From Octopus bimaculoides (taxonomy: Eukaryota): a DNA stretch of 64,000 bases. The DNA is taken from NCBI RefSeq assembly GCF_001194135.2, contig NC_068981.1:131743357-131807356 (forward strand), in the 5' to 3' direction. The position numbers and the translations under genes were made by a program. Shown piece after piece: positions 28,901 to 38,300 of this stretch. Numbering within the stretch: the stretch's first letter is position 1; every line of letters starts with the position of its first letter. Below the pieces are notes generated by a model that saw only the letters and a list, made by a program, of their open reading frames with translations, was not told where the DNA came from and did no database searches.

Positions 28901-31900
28901 ACAGGCAAATCAAAAAAATAAAAACACAAACAAAAGTCAAAAGGTTATACACAATGAATGTATTAGGGCGATGTTTTGAGCATGGCACTCCATTTGAAAG
29001 AGGAAAGTGGGAAGGTCCGGAGAGAAGGAAAAGAACAGTCTGAGAAAAGCACATGTGGTTACATATACACACACAAATATACAACAGGCTTTTAATTTCT
29101 ATCTACCAGATCCATTCACAAGACTTTGTGGGGCGATAGTTGAAGACATTCGCCCATTGTGCCACACAGTGGGGCTCAGCCCAAACCCACATAGCTCGAA
29201 AGTAAATGTCTTAACTACACAAAAGTCCATTTTCCTACAGATATATGTAGATTTTTTTGTACAATGAGAAAAGTTAGCAGCTGTACTTGTCTTTGTATAT
29301 GTTTTATAGAAACAGGCTTATTGACAGATGCAGTATGATTGTATTTTATATGTTGTAAACTTAATTCAGTGCCTGGTTTAAACACCACTACTTGGCACCT
29401 TGGAGGTGTTTAATTGAGTCCATCTGCTCTGTTGCAAGCTTTCTGGTTAGATGTTTCATTTGAGGATACCTTCATCCTTCTCTCTTATCTGGGTTTAGCT
29501 GAACAAACACAGACACACACACACTCACATAGATATAAATGTATGTGTGTACGTGTTACTTCATAAGATGTTTCAAGCTAAGTAAAGTCAGTCTTCCACA
29601 CATACAGACTTGTTTCTGGTATCGGTGGCATATAAAAAGTACCTGTGCCAATGGCATATAAAAAACACCTAGCTCATTTGTTAAATGGCTTGTATTAGGA
29701 AAGGCATCCAGCTGTATAAACTATGCCACAACAGACAATTGGAGTCTGGCCAGCTCCATGTCAAACCGTCCAACCCATGCCAGCATAGAAAGGAGACATT
29801 AAACGATGATGATGTGCACATCTATTTGTGTTTGTTCAACTAAACATTTCAAGGTGGTGCCCCATGGTGGTGTCCACAATCCAATGACTGAACCTGATAA
29901 AAATATATAATTAACTTATATACATGTTTAATTTGATATTTAGTTCTAAAGATATAGCTTATCACAGCGAATATACCAAATTTCATTACAAAAGTAATGC
30001 ATCTTAATTATCTGATCTTGGTTGTTTTTTTGTTTTTTTGGCATTCTCTACATTTGAGGGTGAAGTTTTTGCTGCATATTGCGTTTTCCAGAATCAGATG
30101 TATAAATTTGCAATTAATTACACATTTGTTTAAAAGTTGAAAACCTTGGGAAATATATGAGTATAACTATTGTTTTTTAGTTATGTCCCAAGGTTTTAAA
30201 TTGCAAGTATTTAAATTTGCAAAGTAACACTTTTCAGCCAAATTGCATTTTAACTTCAAGATATGTTGTCCAGTATTCATAATTTCTGTCACCTGATGAA
30301 TGTGTTGCCAAGATCTTTCAAATACAACCAGTTTTTTTTATAGGTGAAGGGCGTGACTGTGTGGTAAGAAGTTTGCTTCCCAGCCACATGGTCACAGGTT
30401 CAGTCCCACTGTGTGGTACCTTGAACAAACATCTACTATAATAGCCTCGGGCCAATCAAAGCCTTGTGAGTGGATCTGGTAGACAGAAACTGAAAGATGC
30501 CCGTTGTAGATATATGTTTGCATGTGTATGTTACTCTCTCCTTCTTTGACTTTATATGATAGATGTAAATGAATGTCACCATTATGCAAGTGGTGTACTT
30601 CACTTCCAATCTTCTGTGAAAACATGTCATGGGGAATATCATCTTACTTGGAAATAGGTGAGGGTTGGCAACAGGAAGGGCATCCAGCTGCACAAAACTC
30701 CACCTTAACAAATTCTGTCCAACTCCTGCAAGTATGGAAAAGTGAACATTAAAATGACGATTATGATGTCCTATGACTTTGGTATACTGTACCAAATAAC
30801 AGGTTACTAACTAATGTTTGATTTCTGTCCTAAAATTGCTTGGATTTTCTTTTTCTTTTTTCTCATGTATCAAAAAATTCCCGGACTAGTTATGTTTAAT
30901 AAAAAATAACTTATTCACCTAAGTTTTAACATCATTTCCTTCAAAATAGTCCACTTTGTGCAGCAGACACTGGTCCCAGCATTCCTATTACTTCTGGAAT
31001 CCAACTTGGACGTCCCTTTCCATAAGCGAGTCGAGGACCTTCTGTGATTCACTCTGGATCTCAACAATGGCATTAAAAGAGCAACCTTTGAGTTGCATTT
31101 TCATCTTGGGGAAGAGATGGAAGTCTGCAGGTACTAAATCTGGCGAAAAGGGTGGATGCAGAAGTGATACCATGTTTTTGAGGAGAAACTCATGAGTAAG
31201 GAGAGCTCGAAGAAGAATCCAGTTCTTCATGCTCCACAGACTGTGTTGGTTTCACCGAATGTCATCCCTCAAACACTTCAAAACATCACAGCAGAACTTT
31301 CGATTGACACTCTGGCTCTGGAGGGATAAATTTTCCATGCACAATACCACATTTCTGGGGGTGACACTCATGACAGGTCTTCCAGGGATGTTCTTCCACT
31401 TTTTGAAGAACCCGTGCCACTGAAAACATGGTGCACGACCCATTGCCTCATTGCTGTAAGCTTGCCAAAGCATGCTCAATGTTTGTGTAGCAGACTTCTC
31501 AAGTTTAACGCAAAATTTCACGTTGGCTCTTTGTTCCTCTCCATGACAAAATGGCAGACAACAGCAAACATGTAATCACAAAAACACAAATTTCAAAACT
31601 TGTAAAGTAAAGAACGATGTTACTGCCTCATGAAGGTCACTCCTAGCTCGCAACCGTATGATGCCATCTGTTGGCATGCTACAGAACTAGTCCAGAAACT
31701 TTTTGATACCACCTTGTATTTGTATATATATATATATATAAAAGATTAATAATTATTTCTTCATAATTGTGATGAATCTTCCACTAAGATGACGCAGCTT
31801 TCCAGTGTGCAAGCCCAGTCAAACTGTCCAACCCATGCTAGTATGGACAACGGGCGTTAAATGATGATGATGAATTGTGATGAATAATAAAATAAATTAA

Positions 31901-32055
31901 TTTCTAACTTCCTGAATTTATCTTTTTCTTTCTTAGGCCGCCGAGCAACTGCCCAATACATCATTAAAGAGTCCTTTGGTCATGTGACTCCCAATAGAGT
32001 GGATATGTCAATGATGAACAAGAAAAGCTTATCAAGTGACCAATTACTGCCATGA
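354..32055 (+). CDS. CNOT10: CCR4-NOT complex subunit 10, whole spliced gene model (16 coding exons, 2115 nt, 704 aa)
   Basis: join(354..614,2585..2735,6131..6192,7685..7852,9176..9259,11435..11696,13880..14076,16676..16791,16913..17035,17544..17615,21942..22055,23270..23400,24749..24808,26414..26535,27502..27574,31937..32055). All introns are GT-AG, phases match, and there is no internal stop. TPR-like segments ([61 protein letters not shown]) resemble CNOT10 from memory. Acceptor AG at 346-347 implies a non-coding exon upstream of the window. Confidence 0.93.
2585..2735 (+). CDS. CNOT10: CNOT10 coding exon 2 (EHINIDN..FVEPI)
   Basis: tttcag acceptor, GTATGT donor at 2736, phase 0 to 1. Confidence 0.9.
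3299..4178 (+). mobile_element. Non-autonomous mariner (Tc1/mariner) element in CNOT10 intron 2
   Basis: Inverted ends caaggtctgatcaataag / cttattgattagaccttg followed by TA. ORF 3449-4036 has transposase N-terminal motifs ([27 protein letters not shown]) and no DD34D catalytic domain. Confidence 0.88.
5139..5853 (-). mobile_element. 5'-truncated RTE-clade LINE (ORF end, 3'UTR, (GAT)n tail)
   Basis: [23 protein letters not shown] at 5594-5830, 3'UTR with internal tandem repeats spanning a gap, (cat)n on the + strand. Confidence 0.88.
5982..6018 (+). repeat. (AC)n microsatellite
   Basis: Direct reading. Similar (GT)n at about 7885-7912 and (AG)n at about 46968-46992. Confidence 0.9.
6131..6192 (+). 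CDS. CNOT10: CNOT10 coding exon 3 ([21 protein letters not shown])
   Basis: ttccag acceptor, GTAGTT donor, phase 1 to 0. Confidence 0.88.
6886..7089. mobile_element. Possible piggyBac-like MITE, different family
   Basis: tcaa|cccttttg ... caaaagg|ttaa, degenerate ends. Confidence 0.4.
7685..7852 (+). CDS. CNOT10: CNOT10 coding exon 4 ([14 protein letters not shown])
   Basis: Not in ORF track. ctttcag acceptor, GTAAGT donor, 56 open codons. Confidence 0.88.
9176..9259 (+). CDS. CNOT10: CNOT10 coding exon 5 ([28 protein letters not shown])
   Basis: Not in ORF track. tttcag acceptor, GTAAGT donor, [11 protein letters not shown] motif typical of CNOT10. Confidence 0.9.
9400..9900 (-). mobile_element. 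Decayed LINE reverse transcriptase fragment
   Basis: The - strand reads [14 protein letters not shown] (GVPQGSVLSP-like) near 9470-9515. Confidence 0.45.
10300..11210 (+). mobile_element. Old decayed RTE-like LINE
   Basis: tat gct gat gat cta gtc atc ata gca = YADDLVIIA at 10339, with degenerate downstream similarity to the younger RTE copies. Confidence 0.55.
11435..11696 (+). CDS. CNOT10: CNOT10 coding exon 6 ([20 protein letters not shown])
   Basis: tttcag acceptor, GTAAAG donor, phase 0 to 1. Confidence 0.92.
11728..12215 (+). mobile_element. SINE family B with expanded (TA)n, starting about 30 nt after the exon 6 donor
   Basis: ggtgtggctgtgtggtaagaagc head, (ta)n at 11888-11990. Confidence 0.75.
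12952..13240 (+). mobile_element. Short RTE-3'UTR-bearing retroposon copy
   Basis: Same 3'UTR and aaacgatgatgat tail as the RTE copies, no ORF. Confidence 0.75.
13880..14076 (+). CDS. CNOT10: CNOT10 coding exon 7 ([25 protein letters not shown])
   Basis: tttcag acceptor, GTATAA donor, phase 1 to 0. Confidence 0.92.
14891..16526 (-). mobile_element. 5'-truncated RTE-clade LINE with RT C-terminal half
   Basis: [27 protein letters not shown] near 16400-16520, [28 protein letters not shown], then 3'UTR and (GAT)n tail. Contains stops and frameshifts. Confidence 0.9.
16676..16791 (+). CDS. CNOT10: CNOT10 coding exon 8 ([16 protein letters not shown]..)
   Basis: Not in ORF track. tttacag acceptor, GTTTGT donor, phase 0 to 2. 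Confidence 0.87.
16913..17035 (+). CDS. CNOT10: CNOT10 coding exon 9 ([25 protein letters not shown]..)
   Basis: tttttag acceptor, GTAAGG donor, phase 2 to 2, SLEFA..CLRNAL motif. Confidence 0.9.
17544..17615 (+). CDS. CNOT10: CNOT10 coding exon 10 ([23 protein letters not shown])
   Basis: ttttcag acceptor, GTATGT donor, phase 2 to 2. Confidence 0.87.
18011..18551. repeat. Long inverted repeat (foldback/MITE-like)
   Basis: About 190-bp arms (18011-18200 and 18370-18551), reverse-complementary with few mismatches, AT-rich spacer, internal 29-bp tandem subrepeats. No TSD found. Confidence 0.85.
18604..18812 (+). mobile_element. tRNA-headed SINE, family A
   Basis: gcgagctggcagaaacgttagc..gagttcaaattccgc. 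Confidence 0.75.
19697..20953 (+). mobile_element. 5'-truncated RTE-clade LINE spanning an assembly gap
   Basis: [24 protein letters not shown] before the gap. The same 3'UTR and (gat)n tail follow it at 20713-20953. Confidence 0.85.
21942..22055 (+). CDS. CNOT10: CNOT10 coding exon 11 ([21 protein letters not shown])
   Basis: tttcag acceptor, GTAACT donor, phase 2 to 2. Confidence 0.92.
23270..23400 (+). CDS. CNOT10: CNOT10 coding exon 12 ([27 protein letters not shown]..)
   Basis: ttacag acceptor, GTATGA donor, phase 2 to 1. Confidence 0.92.
24263..24555 (+). mobile_element. Short RTE-3'UTR-bearing retroposon copy
   Basis: As above. Confidence 0.75.
24749..24808 (+). CDS. CNOT10: CNOT10 coding exon 13 ([20 protein letters not shown])
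   Basis: ttaatag acceptor, GTAAGA donor, 60 nt, phase 1 to 1, open. Not required for frame, hence lower confidence. Confidence 0.72.
25700..26175 (-). mobile_element. SINE family B
   Basis: Reverse complement of the 37696 copy, with an internal gap duplication. Confidence 0.78.
26414..26535 (+). CDS. CNOT10: CNOT10 coding exon 14 ([32 protein letters not shown])
   Basis: tttacag acceptor, GTAAGC donor, phase 1 to 0. Confidence 0.9.
26808..27040 (+). mobile_element. tRNA-headed SINE, family A
   Basis: ggcggtgagctggcagaatcgttagc..gagttcaaattccgcc (A/B-box-like) ..ctttcggggtc..aataaagaaataag. Other copies at 18604-18812 and 36471-36693. Confidence 0.8.
27039..27195 (+). repeat. 42-bp minisatellite, about 3.5 units
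   Basis: Units start at 27039, 27081, 27123 and 27165: agaaaatatatcctgtgtatcatatatgatgcctggctgccg. Confidence 0.9.
27502..27574 (+). CDS. CNOT10: CNOT10 coding exon 15 ([24 protein letters not shown])
   Basis: ttacag acceptor, GTAAAT donor, phase 0 to 1. Confidence 0.88.
30867..31716 (-). mobile_element. Internally deleted mariner element in CNOT10 intron 15
   Basis: Inverted ends gtatcaaaaa..ggactagtt / aactagtcc..ttttgatac..ccttg followed by TA. Fragments [14 protein letters not shown] and [20 protein letters not shown] (YSPDLAP-like). Confidence 0.85.
31937..32055 (+). CDS. CNOT10: CNOT10 last coding exon ([22 protein letters not shown])
   Basis: Not in ORF track. Long pyrimidine tract with ttag acceptor, TGA at 32053-32055. 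Confidence 0.87.
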
Positions 32056-32681
32056 GATCTTGCCCCTGTGAGTGATTGCTGTGAAAACTTTAAAAACCTG
32101 TTCAGTCTTCAGACGACCTCAGCATTCTTTGAATGGCTATTATATGTATAATGGCCATTAGTCTGTACCTTTTTTCTGTGTTTAAAAGGTCACTTGCCAT
32201 TCCTGTCTCTTGAAACCCTGTATTGGGGAACATCTGAAAATTGACAGTTTGGGGGCTCTTAGCTGCTGTCTCTGAGAAATGAACTACATTCATTAGAAAG
32301 GAAATCGAAAAAAAAAAACACACTAAACTGTTATTCATTGTTTGTCTCTTTCTTTCAGTCCAGCATCTGTAGCACAATGGAAGTGAGTAGAATGGAAGCT
32401 GAGTAATTAATTTCTTTCATTATGTCATACACTTTTTGCTGTGGCACCACCTACATCTAGCTCTCTTCTCTTTTCAACATTTCCTATCTGTCTTCGAACA
32501 GATTCTACCTCTCTCTCTCTCTCTCTTTCTTTCTCTCTACAAGCATTTTCAGAATCTTTTCACTGGAAATTCACTCTAATATAAAAAATGGAAACAGTTT
32601 CAATTATTGATGAAACTGAATGTCACATTTTCCCCGCCATTTTTGAATGAATGTTTGTGTGCAGTTATTAGCTTGGACTGG

Positions 32682-32687
32682 AATAAA
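32682..32687 (+). promoter_or_regulatory. Candidate CNOT10 polyadenylation signal
   Basis: AATAAA about 630 nt after the stop, followed by T-rich sequence. Use is not verified. Confidence 0.35.
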
Positions 32688-32796
32688 TTGTTTCAAAGAA
32701 GAAAAAAAACCTTACTTTTTGATGAGTTTGTGTAATTTTGATTTTTATGCGCTTTCATTTTTAGGTGATTTAGAAGCCCATAATAACTGGTTTTTC

Positions 32797-33685
32797 GGCG
32801 ATCATTCGATAGTAGTGTGCTACTTGTCAACCAGTAGTCAGCTGGTCAACATGTCTTTGTTTACATCAATTCGGCAATTTCCGTAAAGAAAGAGGGAAAG
32901 GGCGTGGATCTATTTTAAAACGGGGGCCACATTTTTCATTAATGTTTTACGTAGTGTTTTTGGTACGGAAAGACTTTCAAACTTCGTATACTTATCTATT
33001 TTGTGTTATAGAACAGAAAAATATTTTTGTATTCGAATTTATTTCATGTAAAAAATTGTCTAATTTCAATAATTTCAACCAATCACTGACAAGTATTCAG
33101 TTGTTTACATTTACTCCTTTGGCTGATTAAGCAATGTAAAGCGTATTTAATCTCCATACCTTCGTTTTATTTGCTTTAACCNNNNNNNNNNNNNNNNNNN
33201 NNNNNNNNNNNNNNNNNNNNNNNNNNNNNNNNNNNNNNNNNNNNNNNNNNNNNNNNNNNNNNNNNNNNNNNNNNNNNNNNNNNNNNNNNNNNNNNNNNNN
33301 NNNNNNNNNNNNNNNNNNNNNNNNNNNNNNNNNNNNNNNNNNNNNNNNNNNNNNNNNNNNNNNNNNNNNNNNNNNNNNNNNNNNNNNNNNNNNNNNNNNN
33401 NNNNNNNNNNNNNNNNNNNNNNNNNNNNNNNNNNNNNNNNTTTAAAAAAGATCCAAGGGCGTTAGTCAGCAGGTAGCAGACAGCAGGCACTCACTTTCTC
33501 TCTCTCTCTCTTAAAAACACATGTCACTTATCACTCTCTCTGCTACCTGCTGACTAACGCCCTTTCCCTCTTTCTTTATGGAAATTGCTGAATTGATGTA
33601 AACAAAGACATGTTGACCAGCTGACTAATGGTTGACAATCAGCAGGTACTGGTTGACAAGGAGCGCACTACTATCGAATGATCGC
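32797..33685. mobile_element. Mutator-like non-autonomous element between the two genes
   Basis: Long inverted arms (gcgatcattcgatagtagtg.. / ..cactactatcgaatgatcgc) and a flanking direct repeat TGGTTTTTC at 32788-32796 and 33686-33694 (9-bp TSD). Centre is partly gap. Confidence 0.7.
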
Positions 33686-34177
33686 TGGTTTTTCTTTTCT
33701 GTTATAGTTTATCATTAATATTTTGCCATGCCAAAATGCGCTGGATAGTTTAGTAAATTTGAATATTCATACTCTAGTAGATCCTGTTTTGATAGTTGTT
33801 GGAGTACTCTTTCTACTTCGCTGTGAAGTGGAAATAGTAACTTGGTAGCTAAGCTTTAAAAAAAATAGTTTAGTAAAATTTAAATTCATGACTATGCTAT
33901 CATCATACCTTTTAATTTTTCATTTATGGTTGTAAATAGTTTAGGCGGGATTTTCAGAACTCTTTTAGGAAAATTTGAATATCACAACACTGCATTTCAT
34001 TTCCAAGTAACACTGAAGTTGTCAAAAACACAATACAACTGGATTAGCAGCTCATGCATTATAAGATCAAATTTGGCAGCAGTTTGTTTCTGCTTATATT
34101 TCAACTAATCTAATTGGTGAAAATACTTGCCAGATTGTTAACTGTTCTTCATGCACTGGTTGGCATATCACTCACTT

Positions 34178-34480
34178 CATCATCATCATCGTCATTTAAC
34201 GTCTGCTTTCCATGCTAACATGGGTTGGACGATTTGACTGAGGACTGGTGAAACCAGATGACTACACCAGGCTCCAATCTGATCTGGCAGAGTTTCTACA
34301 GCTGGATGCCCTTCCTAACGCCAACCACTCTGAGAGTGTAGTGGGTGTTTTTATGTGCCAGCGGCATGAAGGCCAGTCAGGCGGTACTGGTAACGGCCAC
34401 GCTCAAAATGGTGTATTTTACGTGCCACCTGCACAGGAGCCAGTTCAGCGGCACTGGCAACGATCTCGCTCGAATGTCTT
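34178..34480 (-). mobile_element. Short RTE-3'UTR-bearing retroposon copy between the genes
   Basis: As above, reverse orientation. Confidence 0.75.
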
Positions 34481-34920
34481 TACACATATCGTTTTTATAT
34501 AAAGAATGTTGCTTACATGCTATACTCTATAACCCTAATAATAGTTTCTATCATATATAAATCTTGTTCCAAAACATAACTTTGTCATAAGGTTTGATGG
34601 TGTACTTAGTATAATAATTAATAAGTGGTGAATATTGAAGAGATGCAATTTCCAGCAACCAGAACCCAATTTTAATTGTTGATTGAAATCAATTCACTTC
34701 TTTTATGCTGCTAATACTTACAGGGCTTCCTCTTCCTGTAATGAAAACAAACCAAAATAATGGCCAAAGGATGGAATAAACAAAAGAAAAGCAAAAGTGT
34801 GGATGCATGATATGTATTAGTTTATTAACTGTACTGTTTAATGACAGTTTTAATTTCAGAAATATTTAATATTGTTAAATGAAAAGAAACAAATTCAGTC
34901 TTAGCAAATTCTGCATGGAA

Positions 34921-35348
34921 TCATTTGTTAGAATTTACAGAATCCTCATTTTGAAAGGTCTCTGTCTTACATAAAGCTGGGTTAGTTTGTAGATTTGCAT
35001 CTTCATCTCCAGTAGAGTGATCTGTCACAGATTCATCAGCCTCTGGATTAACAGATTGTGAATTATCGGACTTTGGTGGTTGGTTTTCCCCTTCGGTCTC
35101 ACTGTATGCTGATGATTCATCAGCAGCTCCCCACTCACTGCCTGGTGTCATAGGGGTCAAAAGGTCAACATCTGAAGGAGAAGTAATGTCTCCTGCTACA
35201 TTAGAGGAGAAAGATATGCCAAGAAGTCCCTTCTCACTACAAGGAGTTACTTCAGTGGATGCTAAAAATGCTGCCAAACCAGATTCATCTTGGTCCAGTG
35301 TAATATCACTAAGATCCAGGTTCTTTGTTCCTTCACCATTTGGAAGTC
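34921..35348 (-). CDS. DTNBP1: DTNBP1 last exon (LPNGEGTKNLDLSDITLDQDESGLAAFL..NSNK*)
   Basis: tattttcag acceptor at 35349-35350, phase 1, 428 nt open to TGA at 34921-34923. Acidic and Ser/Pro/Thr-rich. AATAAA on the - strand at 34821-34826. Confidence 0.85.
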
Positions 35349-38300
35349 CTGAAAATAAAGCCAGTCTTCATATAAAAAGATTTATTTTTGATTAGGTACA
35401 AAATAAATGATGGAGAGGGAGTGGTACAATCAAACCTATTCAAAGAATATTACTGGTGCTTTATTTTACTGACTCCAGTGACATGAAAATTCATGTTTAC
35501 AAACTAAAATAAATCCTAAAGATAATAATGTGATATTAAGCTAGTTACACCATGGAGAAAAAATATGATACAAAAATGTTTCTTTGAGGTACATAGTGAT
35601 TGTGTTTTGGTGCTATTGAAGGAGACAAGGCTGTTATGTCATAATTGAAATGTAGATGGTTTTATTGTATGTTGATGTCTTGCAAACAACTTGCGCATGC
35701 AAGTGCTACCAGTCGAGAACTCCACATACCAGAAACCAGCAAGTGTATGGGGTCATCAGGAGAGAATGCGCGCCGTTTCGGGGCCTACCTCTCGATGGCA
35801 TCAATGCGCACCGGCCCCCCTCACTGATATGAGGCCCTGCTTGCTAGATCAACTGGTTATTAAAAACAAAGCTCAATATTTCTCTAGCCATCGCTCATCG
35901 TCTCTTTTTAACCAAATCCAGTGGCTAGCCTTCTCCACTGTATTTTGGATATCGGTGTATTTTGAATAATGTGCAGAAGATGACAGTGAGTGGTATCATC
36001 TGCATAGAAGTAGTTAAAGCAGTGGTTGAACAATAACCAAATCTCATATTACACCAAAATTGATAAAGTGTAAGTTAGAGAGAGAACACATTAGTATATG
36101 GTATAATGAAAGGAAACTCCCAAAAGCTGACAAGTTAATAGAATTTGACAGTTTCCTTTTATCATTTACTTGTTTCAGTTATTTGACTGTGGCCATGTTG
36201 AGGCATCACCTTGAAGGGTTTTTAGTCAAACAAATCAACTCCAGGATCTATTTTTCTTTAAAGCCTAGTACTTATTTTATTGGTCTCTTTTGCTGAACTG
36301 CTAATGATATGGGAACATAAACACACCAACACTGGTGTTGTCAAGTAGTGGTGGGGAACAAACATACACAAAGACACACACACACACAACCAACTTCTTT
36401 CATTTCATCTACCAAATCTACTCGCAAGACTTTGGTCAGCCCAAGGCTAAAGTAGAAGAACACAGTAGAAGGTGTCGAGCTGGCAGAAACGTTAGCACGC
36501 CGGGTGAAATGCTTAGCAGTATTTCGTCTGCCGCTACGTTCTGAGTTCAAATTCTGCCGAGGTCAACTTTGCCTTTCATCCTTTCGGGGTTGATTAAATA
36601 AGTACCAGTTACGCACTGGGGTCGATATAATCAACTTAATCCGTTTGTCTGTCCCCTCTATGTTTAGCCCCTTCTGGGCAATAAAGAAATAAGAAGACAC
36701 TTGCCCAAGGTACCATGCAGTGAGATTGAATCTAGAACCAGTTCTCAGGACCAGGCATTTGAAAGTTTTGCCGAGGCCATTGTCACCAGTACTACTTTCA
36801 AATTTTCAAGGGGAAGGGATTCTGTTCCATGATGTAAGAAATGAAATTTTCTGTGTATTTAGATTTACAGAAATGATAATGGTGATGACTAAGGAGGAAA
36901 AGAGGTGGCTTTAAGATGATGGGAGTGAGAGCAATAGATCTATAATCTGTAAGATTAAAGAAGCTGCCTTTTTTTGGAAATGAGACAATTAGTCTCATTT
37001 TTCATAGACTGGAATTGATCTGTACACAGAGAAAAACTGAACATTTTGGCAACATAAAGTCAGGAACACAAATTGAGGATATTTAAAAGGACACCATCAG
37101 AAATATTTACATTTGGTGATTGTGTAATGGAGAGTAGGATATTTAGGAGGGGTTTAGTTGCATGTACACCATAAAGCTGGAAGCAAAATAGGTTTTATGA
37201 GACATGCTGTTTACAAGGACTATTTTAATTTAGTTCAGTAGGATTCTGCTAAGTTGAAAGAGGCCCTCTTGGCAAAGGATCTATTTATTGTACAAAAAGG
37301 TCTGCTTTGCTTTCCAAGTAGTTGTCTTTCAAGTGTTGTTATGATGAATAACTGACTCCCAGTAGGTGGTGGTGAATGACTATTGCAAGCAGTATTGTTC
37401 ACTTGTTGCAGTACAATTTCAAGTGAACAACTTGGGTGTCTTAGTTTTAACTAAGAGAAGAAGTAATTTTAGTTTGTGTTGCAGGTGAATATTTACAGCC
37501 AGAGTTAGTAGACGTACAACCAAAGAGCTAACTTGAAGTGCAGTAGGAATATGTGAATTGTTTTTATCTTGATTAGGCAGGAGATGGTGATGACTAGGTT
37601 TAGAGGTGAGATAAATGTCTGAAATGCAGGATGAGAATTAGTTAACCAATTGATGATGGTAGTGGAAGGAGTTTGCAAAGTTATATAGACAGACAGGTGC
37701 AGGAGTGGCTGTGTGGTAAGTAGCTTGCTTACCAACCACATGGTTCTGGGTTCATTCCCACTGCGTGGCACCTTGGGTACGTGTCTTCTACTATAGCCTC
37801 GGGCCGACCAAAGCCTTGTGAGTGGATTTGGTAGACGGAAACTGAAAGAAGCCTGTCGTATATATGTATATGTGTGTATATGTTTGTGTGTCTGTGTTTG
37901 TCCCCCCAACATCGCTTGACAACCAATGGTGGTGTGTCTAGGTCCCTGTAACTTAGCGGTTCGGCAAAAGAGACCGATAGAATAAGTACTAAGCATCCAT
38001 AGAATAAGTCCTGGGGTCGATTTGCTCGACTAAAGGCGGTGCTCCAGCATGGCCACAGTCAAATGACCGAAACAAGTAAAAGAGTAAAGGAGAGTAAGAC
38101 ATCATCATTTTATGTCCACTTTCCATGCTGGCATTGGTTGGATGAGTCATTTCTTACAGCAAACCACTGCTCTCATAGGCTAAAGCTCATATATGTTATT
38201 TTTACCCAGTTTCTATGGTTGGATGCTTTTCTTATCACCAGCCCCTTTATAGAATGTAATGGGAGCATTTTCTTGTGGTATCAGTACTAGAGAGGTTTAT

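Noticed and set aside
34955-34975. GTAAGA donor inside the DTNBP1 last exon splicing to 32271
   Set aside because: The join gives T+AG, an immediate stop, so it adds no coding extension
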